Shown: positions 1-13,464 of the stretch, one piece after another
How positions within the stretch are numbered: the first letter of the stretch is position 1
Layout of the letters: each line of letters begins with the position of its first letter
From: Octopus vulgaris
Taxonomy: Eukaryota
NCBI GenBank assembly: GCA_951406725.2
Contig: OX597821.1
Location: 61,132,001-61,196,000, forward strand
DNA length: 64,000 nt
Reading direction: 5' to 3'
Made by a program: the position numbers and the translations under genes
The notes under the pieces: model-generated
What the model was told of the DNA's origin: nothing
Databases searched by the model: none
Seen by the model: only the letters and a program-made list of their open reading frames with translations

Positions 1-1006
1 ATTTTTCATCTTTTTGGTTTCATTTATATTAATGTTTTTCATTATTATTGTTCTTCTTATCATTTTTACTACTACTACACTTATTTTTATTACCAATTTT
101 GGTACTTTTTATTTTTTATGATGGTCTTTAATATTATTGTTATTATCATTATTTTTATTTTATTTTTCTAATAACAGTTCCCTAAGCTAATGGCCAATGC
201 TCATTAGCTTAGTTCACGCTTTATTGATCTTTTCGTGTTTTATTTCACTGTGAAACAGTTGCACATCTCTGAGGTCTCTATTGCAGCTCTAGGATTCTCA
301 CAATCTCTACCTCTATCTCGCTCTTTCTATCGCCTTTTACATTCTCTCTAAAACACTCATTCTTTCTCACTCACAGACGCTCTCTTTCTTTCTCACACAC
401 AAACACACACACACACACTCTCTCTCTCTGTCTCTTCCTCTCTTTCTCTCTCTACAACATATAGGCCACAACCACTCTAAATTGTAACCCGAACAGTCTC
501 TAATTCTCCTCTCTGTCGCTTTTTAAATCTACTCTCTTCATAATTCGATCATTCTTTCATACAATAATCCTTTGTTGCGTTTTCTTTCGTTTCGACAAAC
601 CGCCCCCTTTAAAAATTTCTCCATTTCTTTCATTCTTTTCTTCCTTTCTTTCTTCCCACCCCTTTCTCTCTAATCTTTATTTACTTCTTCCCCAATCTCT
701 TTCTTTCCTTTCTCCTTTCTTTCCTTTCTTACTTTCTTATCACCCTTCTATTTTCTTGCTTTCTATATTTCATGGTACAACAATACATTTTGCATAAGTG
801 AAGTTTTCGCATTTTTCCATGAATTTTTTTCCCCTCTTCATTGTTAAATTAATGAAGATAAGAAACAGGAAAATCAATCGAACTTCTGATCTGAATTGTG
901 CTCTATTTATACAAGTTCAAACACGCATTTACGCATGTACTTACACACGGATTTTCTCTCTATACATATGCATTCACACTCACGTATACACAAATAGATA
1001 TGAATA

Positions 1007-1011
1007 ATATA

Positions 1012-1082
<71 letters not shown>

Positions 1083-1262
1083 GTATATATACCTATATGA
1101 TGTACCTATATCTATGTATATATATTAGCACATATATTTATATATGTAACTACTATGTATATATGTATTTAGGTGTGAATATATATGCGTGTAAATAAAT
1201 TCGTCGCTAGAATTGTAAATGTATATACATAGTGAAATATGCACATAGATACATAAATACGT

Positions 1263-1293
<31 letters not shown>

Positions 1294-1434
1294 CATATAT
1301 ACATACATACATATATATATATATATACATATATACATATATATATATACGTAGATACAAACATATATATATGTATATATATATAAATATATATATATAC
1401 ATATATATATAAATGTATGTAAGTACACACACAC

Positions 1435-1484
<50 letters not shown>

Positions 1485-1485
1485 G
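1007..1485. repeat. Compound (TA)n/(CA)n microsatellite region
   Basis: Read directly; it produces the YIYI/CVCV pseudo-ORFs. Confidence 0.9.
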
Positions 1486-2072
1486 TAAACGCGTCTCAGT
1501 GGTTGTGCCTGTGAGTTTACGCGGAAGGTTTTGTGAGTGTGTATATGCACACATATGCACACATGCGTGGTATGTGCGCAAAATTGGGCGTGTGTGTTAA
1601 AAACAAAAACTGCATACATTTGTGTATTGTATTTTGTATGCATTTTATTAGTGCGTGATAATGTTTATGTGTTTTGGTAGCCAGCTTAAAACCATTCTGT
1701 TATGGGAATAGAAGACTGCTTCAGTTTCTATAGATTGTTCCAGGAAATAAAAAACATAAAAATAATAAGAAAAAAACCTACTATAATGAAATGATCTGTA
1801 CAATGAAAACAATTTCATAATAGATGTACAATATCCCAGTTTCCTGTGAAAAATCAATATTATTGATAAAGTATGTTTAGAAATGTCGAAATTCAAGAAA
1901 TATAAGATATTCATTTGAATTTGTCGAATTCATGAATTATTAAAAACACGGCTGAATACACACATACACCAACATAAAAGGAATATATGTGAACACACGC
2001 CAATTAATTCCACATAAAATGAGTGTTGTATATAGCAGTGTTATCAACTTTTGTATGTCGACTTACATATAT

Positions 2073-2080
<8 letters not shown>

Positions 2081-2125
<45 letters not shown>

Positions 2126-2261
2126 TGTGTGTGTAGCAATTATATGTATTGCAAATATTACCAAAACAAAATATACGTACATGAGATTACTCCATAACGT
2201 TATTAGAGTTACTATTTAAAGTTGATGCATCAATACGTATATACATACTTACATATATCTA

Positions 2262-2312
<51 letters not shown>

Positions 2313-2361
2313 GCATTTAGATATATATATATAGGGGTGTATATATACATATATATGTATT

Positions 2362-2431
<70 letters not shown>

Positions 2432-2481
2432 AATACATATATATGTATATATACACCCCCTATATATATATATCTAAATGC

Positions 2482-2524
<43 letters not shown>

Positions 2525-2686
2525 TAGATAGATATATGTAAGTATGTATATACGTATTGATGCATCAACTTTAAATAGTAACTCTAATAACGTTATGGAG
2601 TAATCTCATGTACGTATATTTTGTTTTGGTAATATTTGCAATACATATAATTGCTACACACACATGCATATATATATATATATATA
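2081..2686. repeat. ~600 bp near-perfect palindrome (inverted duplication) centred on an (AT)n tract at ~2396
   Basis: Unique sequence 2121-2250 (ATGCATGTGTGTGTAGCAAT...GTTGATGCATCAATACG) is the reverse complement of ~2530-2669. GTATTTAC at 2357 mirrors GTAAATAC at 2429. The same peptide appears in ORFs 1989+ and 2571-. Confidence 0.95.
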
Positions 2687-2769
2687 CACACACATATATA
2701 TATGATATATATATACACACACACACACATATATATATAAACATATATATACATATATATATATACATA

Positions 2770-3170
2770 GGCGCAGGAGTGGCTGTGTGGTAAGTTGCTT
2801 GTTTGCTAACCACATGGTTCCGGGTTCAGTCCCATTGCGTGGCACCTTGGTCAAGTGTCTTCTACTATAGCCTCGGGCCGACCCAAGCCTTGTGAGTGTA
2901 TTTGGTAGACGGAAACTGAAAGAAGTCCGTCGTATATATGTATATATATATGTGTTTGTGCGTGTGTGTTTGTGTGTCTGTGTTTGTCCCCCTAGCATTG
3001 CTTGACAAACGATGCTGGTGTGTTTATGTCCCCGTCACTTAGCGGTTCGACAAAAGAGTCCGATGGAATAAGTACTAGGCTTACAAAGAATAAGTCCCGG
3101 GGTCGATTTGCTCGACTAAAGGCGGTGCTCCAGCATGGCCGCAGTCAAATGACTGAAACAAGTAAAAGAG
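2770..3170 (+). mobile_element. tRNA-derived SINE, family A (full length, inside TA repeat)
   Basis: Head GGCGCAGGAGTGGCTGTGTGGTAAG with A-box-like and B-box-like (GGTTCAGTCCC) motifs, internal (TG)n and tail ...TGACTGAAACAAGTAAAAG. A second full copy lies at 23922-24342. Confidence 0.85.
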
Positions 3171-3177
3171 AGAGAGA

Positions 3178-3236
<59 letters not shown>

Positions 3237-3413
3237 TATATACATATATATATATTATATATGTATACATATATATATATATACATATATATACATATAT
3301 ATATGTATGTATATATAGATATACATTATATTTATATAGACACACACACACTCATATATATATATATATAGAAACATATATATTATATATGTATACATAT
3401 ATATATATATAGG

Positions 3414-3463
<50 letters not shown>

Positions 3464-3578
3464 TGGATATTATATAGGCCAGTGCATTTATGTTCACACG
3501 TATGAATATATATAAATACTTATACAGCAATACATACATACATACATACATACATACATACATACATACATACATACA

Positions 3579-3610
<32 letters not shown>
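3178..3610. repeat. Compound (TA)n-(GA)n-(CATA)n microsatellites
   Basis: Read directly. Confidence 0.9.
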
Positions 3611-3613
<3 letters not shown>

Positions 3614-4321
3614 CTGTATATTGTTTGTCGACATTCCATCATGGCTGTTCCGTATGAGCGGACGCTACTGCGATTTTTGAACTGCAACAGGACATTTCCT
3701 CTATCTGGTTAACGATGCACACTGTATCCAATATATCGCAAGCAGGGGAGCAAACCTATACCACCTTCAAGCGACAGGACCAACCAAACCAGACTGGTTG
3801 CGGGCTATTTTTGCCCATCCTCAATCATGTTGAACTGGGAACAAACATTAGTCGCCAGTACAGTTATAACTTACATCTCGTACGGCGATCTTATAGTTAG
3901 CCGCTACCTGTTGCATGGTCAGAAACAGAATGTCCCTTGACTTTCTATTTATTGCGAACGCGAGCAAACTACAGCCATCTCTAGCAGACAATTTGCCAGC
4001 ACTGAAATGAGCAGCAGTTAGTATTCAATGTGAAGCATGATGTTACTAGTAATACTTTGCCAGTGCTCATATGGTTTCTTGTTCTCCAGGTCAGGTAAAT
4101 TCACAACTACAATTTAAACCTTTATGCATTCTACACCTGTTGAATTTTCACGGACATATCAAGAGGTGGTTGCAGAAAAGAACATAAAAATCGCTGAATT
4201 TATTCCGAACAACCAAGCCTGAGGGTTGATTGGAGACACAAGTCACGTTATAAAAACATACTTATCTACAGTGTCTTCACGGCAAGAAACTAGCTCTTAT
4301 TTTAATGCGATGTATATTAAA

Positions 4322-4366
<45 letters not shown>

Positions 4367-4473
4367 CATACATGTGTGTGCACATGCATAAGTGCATGCA
4401 TTGTGTCTGAGAGTACAAGTGTGTGTGTGAGCGCGTTATGTGCGAATGTGTGCTTGTGTGTGTGTGTGAGTGT

Positions 4474-4524
<51 letters not shown>

Positions 4525-5037
4525 CGTGTGTTTTGCGAGATTATTGTTGTGTGAATCTTTGTATTATAGTGTCCCTCACATAGGTTCTTGAGATGTCTCG
4601 AAGGATTTTAAGTATCTATATTCTTGCAGATTATCACGAGTAAACGCTTCTGAAATTTTTCATTCCGTTTCCGCTAGTTTTTCAAAAGTATGCGATAGTT
4701 TCCTTTTATAATTCATCAACTAAACTTTTGATATCTAATTTTAAAGTGTAGTTTAAAACATGAAAAAGATTGTTCATGAGATATATTCATTGTTTAAGCA
4801 ATAGGATTATCCCTCTCCCAGCAAGACACAAACATTTTTCATTTAAATAACATATAATGAACTGAATTTTATAGGAAAATATCATATCAGCGCCCGCATC
4901 GTAGATGTTCTGAATTAAATACGATAAAAAATAAAGGGACCTTTGTTAATTGTTTAACATTCAAAAGGCTTCAGAATGTCTAAACATTTAACGAGGGAAA
5001 ATTACAACCCCTATAGACAGGGAAATATTTGTTTGCA

Positions 5038-5045
5038 TCTGTCTG

Positions 5046-5132
<87 letters not shown>

Positions 5133-5146
5133 GTCCATCAATCTAC

Positions 5147-5221
<75 letters not shown>

Positions 5222-5230
5222 GCTATCTAT
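5038..5230. repeat. (ATCT)n tetranucleotide microsatellite
   Basis: Read directly. Confidence 0.95.
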
Positions 5231-6106
5231 CCTTCCATAGAAGCATGCATACATAGACACGCACGTATATACATACATGCATACATATACACACACACAT
5301 GGGCACGTTTTTATAAAGAATATTTTGCCATTGTTTTTGTAAAATATTATCAAGCTTTATGAAAATGATATAGTAATGACTGTTGTAAAAGCCTTTGAAA
5401 GTCTCTGATTTTCAACATTTCAGTCAAAATATATTTAAGAAAGGAAATGAATTAGATAAGTTTCAGTTCAATCCATTCGCGGCTGGCATGAATACATACC
5501 TTTTGTAGTAAGGCTAAAATGCGTTCATTGAGAGCATATCTGATGGTAATCATCGCCATATTTCAGTTAATCTTCACATCAGGATTGTTTTATCACCGTT
5601 AACTTGAAAATAAATGTTTTGTATGTGTATTTATGCATACATACATACATACGTACATGCATACTTGCGAGTACATACATACATGTTCATACGCACGCAC
5701 ACAAACACACAAACACACACAGCCACACACACACACACACACAGACAGACACACACACAGATACACACACACACACATACACACACACACACACACAACA
5801 GAGTATTGTATCTCATCCACACGCATTGTTTTCGCCTTCAGGTAGCTGCGGAGAATGGTTATCTTTTTTTTATTAATTATAGTTGTATGAAAAGAACTTT
5901 AAACTACAATCATATGAAAATTAAAATATTCTGTTTTATGCACGGAAACAATTTTTCGTTTCATCCACAGATCCTTGTCTGCATCTATGTTCCGCATATA
6001 GCAGTGAATTTAATTTAACCCCTTAGCATTTAAACCAACCATATTAGGTCAAAATATTCTTCTTGTTTTATGTTCTAATCATCCAGATTTAGCCTATCAC
6101 AGGTCA

Positions 6107-6320
6107 TCTATTATATAAAATTCGTTCTCTCTGTCTGTGTGTGTGTCTTCTATGATCTCGGGCATCCTCCATCTGAATGCGCTCAAATTTGATATGTAGA
6201 TAGCGACGATATCAGGGCGTGTATAAGTCTTGAAAAATTTTTTAAATCGATTCCAGGTGAGAATGCGATCGATAAAGCCGTGGGATCGTGCATTTGTACG
6301 CGCAAGTACATCATTCGAAA
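6107..6320 (+). mobile_element. Probable 5' end of a non-autonomous Helitron
   Basis: Starts TCTATTATATAAAATTCG followed by a (CTGT/GT) tract, a layout typical of invertebrate non-autonomous Helitron 5' ends. No 3' CTAG/hairpin identified. Confidence 0.4.
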
Positions 6321-9182
6321 TCCGTATTTTGCTGGTGTCTCAAATTTAGGTTAAATCAGTGTTTCTCAAAGGGGAGGCCTATCGGATGGTCGGACAAGTT
6401 GTTTTGAGAAAATTTAGTTTAAATGTTCGACAACTCAGCACCGTCCATTGGACGGGGTGCGTTTTGCTCGTTATAAAACATACAATCAACATTTTGATGC
6501 TGCAAAATAATGCATGGGTAGTTAAAAATTGTTTGAAAAAGTATTTTGTTTGATAGAATAATCGGAATGCTAAAATGTTACATTTAGTCTTTATTTACCT
6601 TTTGCATAATTGTGGTGGTTGTTTTCTTTCTTTCACCCAGGGAAATATTATTTCAAAAAATCCACAAGCACCATGTTTTTGTTAATATCGAGGACAAAAC
6701 ATCGTCTATAGGCGTCGATAACAGCCACAACTTTGCTTTCCCTCATTCAACCAATCGAAACGGTCGGCACATTTCGTCATATTTAGTAACTGTTATACCA
6801 GAATGCTAAATTCTAAAAGAAGCGACTCAAAGTATAGGCACATATGTTTTACAACTGTGTCAAGGTCCAACTTTATTGCGTCTTTATAATATAAAAATGG
6901 CAAATAACGAAGCATATGAGTTTACTCACCAACAAAGTAGTCTTAAATTTTTCCATATAGCAACAATGAAACTTGGTTATGTCGGCTAGGAAGATTTTCG
7001 AATCATTCCAATAAGTAGAAACTGATACCAAATCTCCAATCGCAACATAGAACAATTTTGTCGCCTCACATGAGGATTTAAACCAAACGTCCAGTCCCAT
7101 AAGTGTCTGAAGTAATTATTGAGAAATGCAATAGTCAGAAATGTCTACCTATTTAATGAGAAGAATGTCAATCAAGCCTTCTACAACAAATACCATTAAA
7201 TAAAAAAAAAGAAACGAAAGGAAGAAAAAAGGAAAGAAGCTTAGCAAGAGGTTTCATCTATAGAACAAAACAGAACGAATTTACTGAAAATATATTATAT
7301 CAGATCGCACATTCAGCAGAAAAACAATCTTCTTCGGAATGACAAATTGCCCATGAAATTTGTACCATGGAAAATATAAGTAGGCCGGAAGTAAAAGAAC
7401 AAGTGAACGAACAATTCCAAAATGCTGTCGGTAATCCTAAAGAAGTTTCAAACAGATGGATAGAAATTACTATTAAACATAATCTTGGCGTAATTTGATG
7501 GTTTCATATTGGATGAATTGATGTGCTGAAAATAACCGAAAAACAAGAAAACGGCAGTCAAAGGTAATACTCGACATTTTTTCTTAGACTTCATTGGACT
7601 TCGTCGATGTTATTGTAAACATCGCCGAAACGAAAATCTCTGAATAAATACTTTCTCTTTACTTGAAGATATTTCAGTTATTCGTGAAGATTTTCTTTGG
7701 TACTATAAGCAGATTATTGTCAGACTGAGATGATTTTGTGCAGTTGTTTGGATGATGACAATTTGGCACGGCTGACTGGGCATTCAGTCTCTTTTGGCAC
7801 TGAAGGGGATCACAAACACACACTATCGCTCGTGCACACAGACACATACACGCATATGTGTGCGCAAAAATATACATACACAGATAGAAAGTGTGAGAAA
7901 GAGAGACATAACAATTTATCAACTGAACAAGAGGGAAATACACATTTCCCTCTCGCCTCGTCATACACATCGATAAATATGTTCACACACATATAAAGCA
8001 TGCACGTGCGTGCGAGAGAGAGAGAGAGAGAGAGAGAGGAAGGGGGCGAACGAAAAAGGAAGAGGGGAGTGGCAAGGGAAAGAATGAGAGTAATATTAAA
8101 ATAAGAGAAGCAAACATTAAAATGTTTGATGTCAAATATGTCCGCGTTGAATCAAAACCGGCTCTCAAACTGCAATGGGAAGCAAAGTCTGTAGAGCTTA
8201 TCTATCTGTTTTGTGACCTGGATTCTAGTCTGAGCTATATCAAGTCGCTAACAAATTGTGCACTTTTGTTTAAAAATGTACATCCTGGACAACTATCCTT
8301 AGTTATAGTGCAATATGTGTATGAAACTTATGGAGTCATTTTACTTGACAAATATGCATTAATCATTAATGTTCCATTCTCCAAGTGGTTATAGATACGT
8401 TTTATATCGTCAACGATAAATGATTTCACTAATAACTCTCTACTACATACGTTCAGTCAAGGAAATAGTCGAGTAGCCCTACTTTCTGAAAGATTTCACA
8501 GATTCTTATATTAATTAGCTAAATGATATTCGCTGGACACAATTTTTCGTTGCATCTTGGCATATACAGTCCAGTGGCAGAGAATAACATTCCTCAAGTT
8601 AGAAATCTATTTTGTGGAACCAACACATCCCCAGGAACCCGAACATATGTCAGTATGCAGCTAAGGAATCACCGCTGAAGATTTATTTTAAAATAGTATC
8701 TTATGGTCCAACATACAATGCTTTAAGTTTCTAGGAGTATCATTCTCACAAACAAATGCTATTTAGCTTAACGTTTAGGATTTGAATGATTCAGAGACCA
8801 GACATCAGAGGCAATGCTTCTCAAAGGCATGTCCATCAGTTCAAATTTGAGGCCAATGTCGAAAACTTAAGACTTTAAAACAAAAGTCTTATTTTTTCTT
8901 AATCATATTATTAACAGTTCAGAGCACATTGTTTACTTGCGTCTGTAAAATGTACCTACACAGCAGTTATCCTACATTTATTTTCATCCGATACCTCCAA
9001 ATGATATATCTCCATAGATTGTCGTCTGACAGACGAAGAACTAAATACAGACATATTCATTTGTCGACGTTCACAGCGACTTCTTGCGGTGGTTAAAGAC
9101 ATTTTTTGCAGGAATGAATAAAAGCAAGGGGGAATGTAGAGATGCTTTCATATTTTGATTTAGTATTAGAACATGTATTAGT

Positions 9183-9515
9183 TCTGAGACCCCTTTCGGT
9201 CATGACTGACAATGGGATTGCACTTAGAAAGTTACCCTCCTTGGTACAAGTCCGGCAAGGTTGTTTATGGAAGTCCAGCAGTCGCCCATGCATACTGGCC
9301 TCCCCTCTCCATGCCACCAGTGTTATCCAAGGGAAAGGCAACGGCTGATACAGCTTGGCACCCGTGACGTCGCAATTCTACAGCTGAGTGAACTGGAGCA
9401 ACGTGAAATAAAGTGTCTTGCTCAAGAACACAACACGCAGCCCGGTCCGGGATTCAAACTCACAACCTCACGATCGTAAGGTCGACGCTCTAATCACTGA
9501 GTCATGCGCCTTCAC
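9183..9515 (-). mobile_element. tRNA-derived SINE, family C, with 15-bp TSD
   Basis: Minus-strand head GAAGGCGCATGACTCAGTGATTAGAGCG...GAGTTTGAATCCC. AGAACATGTATTAGT is duplicated at 9168-9182 and 9516-9530. Confidence 0.88.
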
Positions 9516-10223
9516 AGAACATGTATTAGTATTAGTTTAATATTTATAGAATGAAAATGTGAGTTGACTCGTTGAGATTTGTCTCTGACTTGAATGAAAT
9601 TAGTATTATAATTTCATGAAATTTGTATTATTAGGGTAAGAAATTTGAGTGCTAATTTTCTAAGTAATCGTATGCTTCTTACGCTTTCGGAGCATAATGT
9701 ATAAATACATACCGCATTAAGATCACTCTAACTCCACATACATATGTTGAATTCTAATAGTTGAGTACATCTTCTGTTTGAAAATGGGCCTTACAAGTTC
9801 AATAAGCTAGAAGCAAATTCAATATATATACATTAAAATTCTAATTATAACAACAAATAATCTCTCCAACTTAGAAAAAGAAGGGAAGCAACTCGGTTGC
9901 CGTCTCACCGGAAGGAAAAGAAGATGGGAGTGAATATCTGATTCAATAGAATTCTAATAGGCAGGAAAGAAACAACGTTTATTCTCAATCAGAACTAAAT
10001 GTACGAAGAAATTCCTCGCCATTTTTGACCATGAAATACCCGTTGGCTATTTGTCGGAGTTGCTACCTGGCGACATGTTAGAATAATCCAAGAGCAAATC
10101 AGAAATTCGCCGATAGGAAAGATGTTTTCCGGTGAAGAAATATAATTGAATTTCGCTGAATGTATTCGGCTTCTTGGAATACATACTATACACCTCTATT
10201 CGTTCATCTACAACACATCCTCT

Positions 10224-10225
<2 letters not shown>

Positions 10226-10302
<77 letters not shown>

Positions 10303-10360
10303 CATATATATGTGTATATGTATATATGTATATGCGCATGTATATATATGTATATGTGCA

Positions 10361-10406
<46 letters not shown>

Positions 10407-10420
10407 ATGTATATGTGTTT
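10226..10420. repeat. (CA)n-(TA)n compound microsatellite
   Basis: Read directly. Confidence 0.9.
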
Positions 10421-11451
10421 ATCAGTGTATACATACAGATATACCTAACTGTTTCAATTTCCTAGTTGTTTATATCTAAAGTATTGTATAATTAATGAAC
10501 ATATAAATACATACTCTCACACAGGCAAAAATACACTTATATTCGTGCAGACGCGCACACATATCTAAACACTGAAGATGATGGACATCGCTCTTTATAT
10601 GCATACAATACAGAATACTTAATTTTAACTCAATTATAATTTATTTCGTATGCTTTGCATCGAACAGTAATTGCCTCAACCAATGAAAATAAAATAGAAC
10701 TAATTCTCCTTTCCTGTTACCGGAAGGAAATAAAATCGGAGGGACGAGTGAATGATGCAGTAACATTGTTAATGCCAAGAAAGAAATACAACTGATTCTG
10801 ATTACAGAACTAATAGATCTTAGTGGGTTTTCAATTGTTTTGATTGTGAATAGCCCATGGCTTTTGGGCTAAGATGGTACTTGATATCATGGCAGATTAA
10901 TTGTTCTTGCTGTCATTGTTTTAGTTTCATCCTAACGGAATACTTTATCTCCATAAACAATGTTTATTGATGAGACATGCATAGAACAGAATTATTTTTC
11001 ATTCTTTTAATTCTTATGAACGTATCAGTTCATTGTGCGATTAATGGGAAGCGATTTCTTTGTAATACCTGTGAGTTATGAATCTTGATAGAAGCGAAAC
11101 CTGTATGAAAGCGAGGTTGAATAAATAAACATAGGATCCGTGTAATTGGTATGTGTTATTGCAAGAAACTGTTATTAACCACAATATATAATCCTTTATT
11201 CATAGCACACACATGCACGGACACACATACATATAAGCCTTTTTCTGTAGCTCCATGTTTGGCGCTCCCATTCATAACAGTGGTCTTGGTTTGAAAAGCG
11301 TAAAACCACAAAGATGTCTCAGAAACCAACTGATGAGCAAATCAGCTGCTAGTGTTCCTTGTAGCGTATTTTTATCTCCCTTTTCTGCCCGTTATGTTTT
11401 CGCCCAGTTTTCGTCTATTTTCCCCTTCACTCGCTAACATTTGAAATGCTG

Positions 11452-11600
11452 TTGTGTTAACGTCCACGCTTTGGCAGAAGAGACCAATAGAATAAGTTCT
11501 CGGCTTACAAAGAATAAGTACTGGGGTCGATTCGTTCGACAAAAGGCGAGAACCCGGCATGGCTGCAGTCATGCTAATGACTGAAACAAATAAAAGAAAA
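11452..11600 (+). mobile_element. 3' fragment of SINE family A
   Basis: AGAATAAGTACTGGGGTCGATTCGTTCGAC...CATGGCTGCAGTC...TGACTGAAACAAATAAAAG matches 3065-3170. Confidence 0.75.
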
Positions 11601-11627
11601 AAACATATAAATATAAGTTACACATTT

Positions 11628-11811
11628 TAGCACAAGACCAGCAGCTTCGGAGGAGGAGCTTTCATCAACCTCAGTGTTCAAGTGGTGCTTATTTTATAGA
11701 CGTCTAAAGAATGAAATGCACAATCGAAGTCGGCGCAATTTGAACTCAGAATGTAGCGACGGGCGAAAGCATTTTGCCCGGCGTGCTAATGATTCTACCA
11801 GTTCATCGCCT
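11628..11811 (-). mobile_element. Degenerate SINE family B copy
   Basis: AATTTGAACTCAGAATGTAGCGACG...GCATTTTGCCCGGCGTGCTAATGATTCTACCAG is the reverse complement of the head at 34216. Confidence 0.75.
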
Positions 11812-11812
11812 T

Positions 11813-11847
<35 letters not shown>

Positions 11848-12352
11848 CATATATCAACAAGCATATACATTTACACCTTGACACAGAGACCCACATAGAG
11901 ACACACCGCCAAACAGACATACATAAACACAGACACACACACAGACACATACACACAGACATACAAACACACAGAGAGAAACACAAACACACACAAAGAG
12001 ACAGACACACAAACACAGACACATTCACACACATAGACGCATACACACACATACACATACTGATGCACACACACACACACACACATATCATATTAATGTT
12101 TCTTTTTCTGTTATAATACTGACAATTTCAAATTAATCTGAAGAATTACTAAAACACTTTTCGAAGAGTATATGGACATCAAGATTACAACAAGAGGACT
12201 GACAGTAACTCCGACGTTTCGGCCATCTGGCTTTCGCTGAACATTGTATGCATACACATATTGAGACTCTGTATACACACACGCACGCACACATGTTTAC
12301 ACATAGTGGCTGTGTTTATACATACTTGATATATATATTTGCATATATATAT

Positions 12353-13312
12353 AATCAAAATAAGCAATAGGATATCAAGCAGTGGTGCAGAATGACCGCT
12401 GCATCGGCTCCATCTAATTGAACAATGCAATCATTACATCAATTTAAATGTAGTGTCATCTTCAGCGGTACAAAGAAATTGAATTTTAACAAGTAGGACA
12501 CATCAATATAATTTTCTCAAATATTTTAAATGGAAACTACCAAAGAAGTAATTAAGGACATGAATGAATATTAAACTGATTCTATGTACTCTTCCTTTTT
12601 AATGTTTATAATTGATATATACACACCATTTATATTGTCTGGTTATGATATCACTTTTGAAATTCTTAAATTTTATTTTTATACAACATAACAATATTGT
12701 TTATAAATAATCACTGATAGTGCCCCTAAATAAAATTTCCTCTGTATTAACATCTTAGGTTTCTTGGCGTCTTGCCCCTTTAATTGACATCAAGATTTAA
12801 AGTCTGCTCCTACACAGCCTCTTTTTATAGACAGTTATCCAACTGACTACTCATAATATTTTATTTCCTCCCTGGGGAAAAGGGATACATGATAATATTT
12901 ATGACCATACATAGCTATGAGCTGTCAATACACTCTTGTACTTTATTCAAAATATACACAGTTCTAGTATTAGTTTTAGTAGTTGACAAAGAGATAAATG
13001 AATTAGAAGTGAATTACAATCTCTTACAACCCTATGAACCCACTATGCTCCATGCGATTCTTAAAAGTTGTAGTCTATTCTTAGCTACAATAGCGACAAC
13101 ATTAATTTCTCCCATCGTGTTAAAATATTTGAGAAAGATTATATTAATGTGTCCTAATTGTTAAAATTCTATTTATTTATTTGTACAGCTGAAGATGGCT
13201 ACGTTTAAATTTATATGATTGCATTAAAGTGATTGCATTGTTCAATTAAATGGAGCCGTTTGAAACGGTCGCACTGCATCATTACCTGATATCATATTGC
13301 TTATTTTGGTTT
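12353..13312. repeat. Diverged inverted repeat pair (~125 bp arms, 12353-12475 and 13180-13312), probably Penelope-type termini
   Basis: AAAATAAGCAATAGGATATCA...GGCTCCATCTAATTGAACAATGCAATCA...CATCTTCAGCGGTACAAA is the reverse complement of TTGTACAGCTGAAGATG...TGATTGCATTGTTCAATTAAATGGAGCC...TGATATCATATTGCTTATTTT. Confidence 0.8.
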
Positions 13313-13378
13313 TATTCACCTTACGAAAAATATCGGTGCTTCAAGATAAGTGCCTAATTCAACTGAATCTCAACTATT

Positions 13379-13428
<50 letters not shown>

Positions 13429-13464
13429 ATAGAAATGGTAAGACAACAAAAGAATGAAAGAGAG

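Noticed and set aside
898-3599. Numerous 60-170 aa ORFs rich in YI/CV/HT (also at 10047-10479, 14384-15905, 21977-22821, 36598-37053, 48272-49152)
   Set aside because: They are translations of dinucleotide microsatellites that lack stop codons by construction.
3640-4260. GC-balanced block, possible exon or LTR-element remnant
   Set aside because: No recognisable protein motif or convincing splice-bounded ORF.
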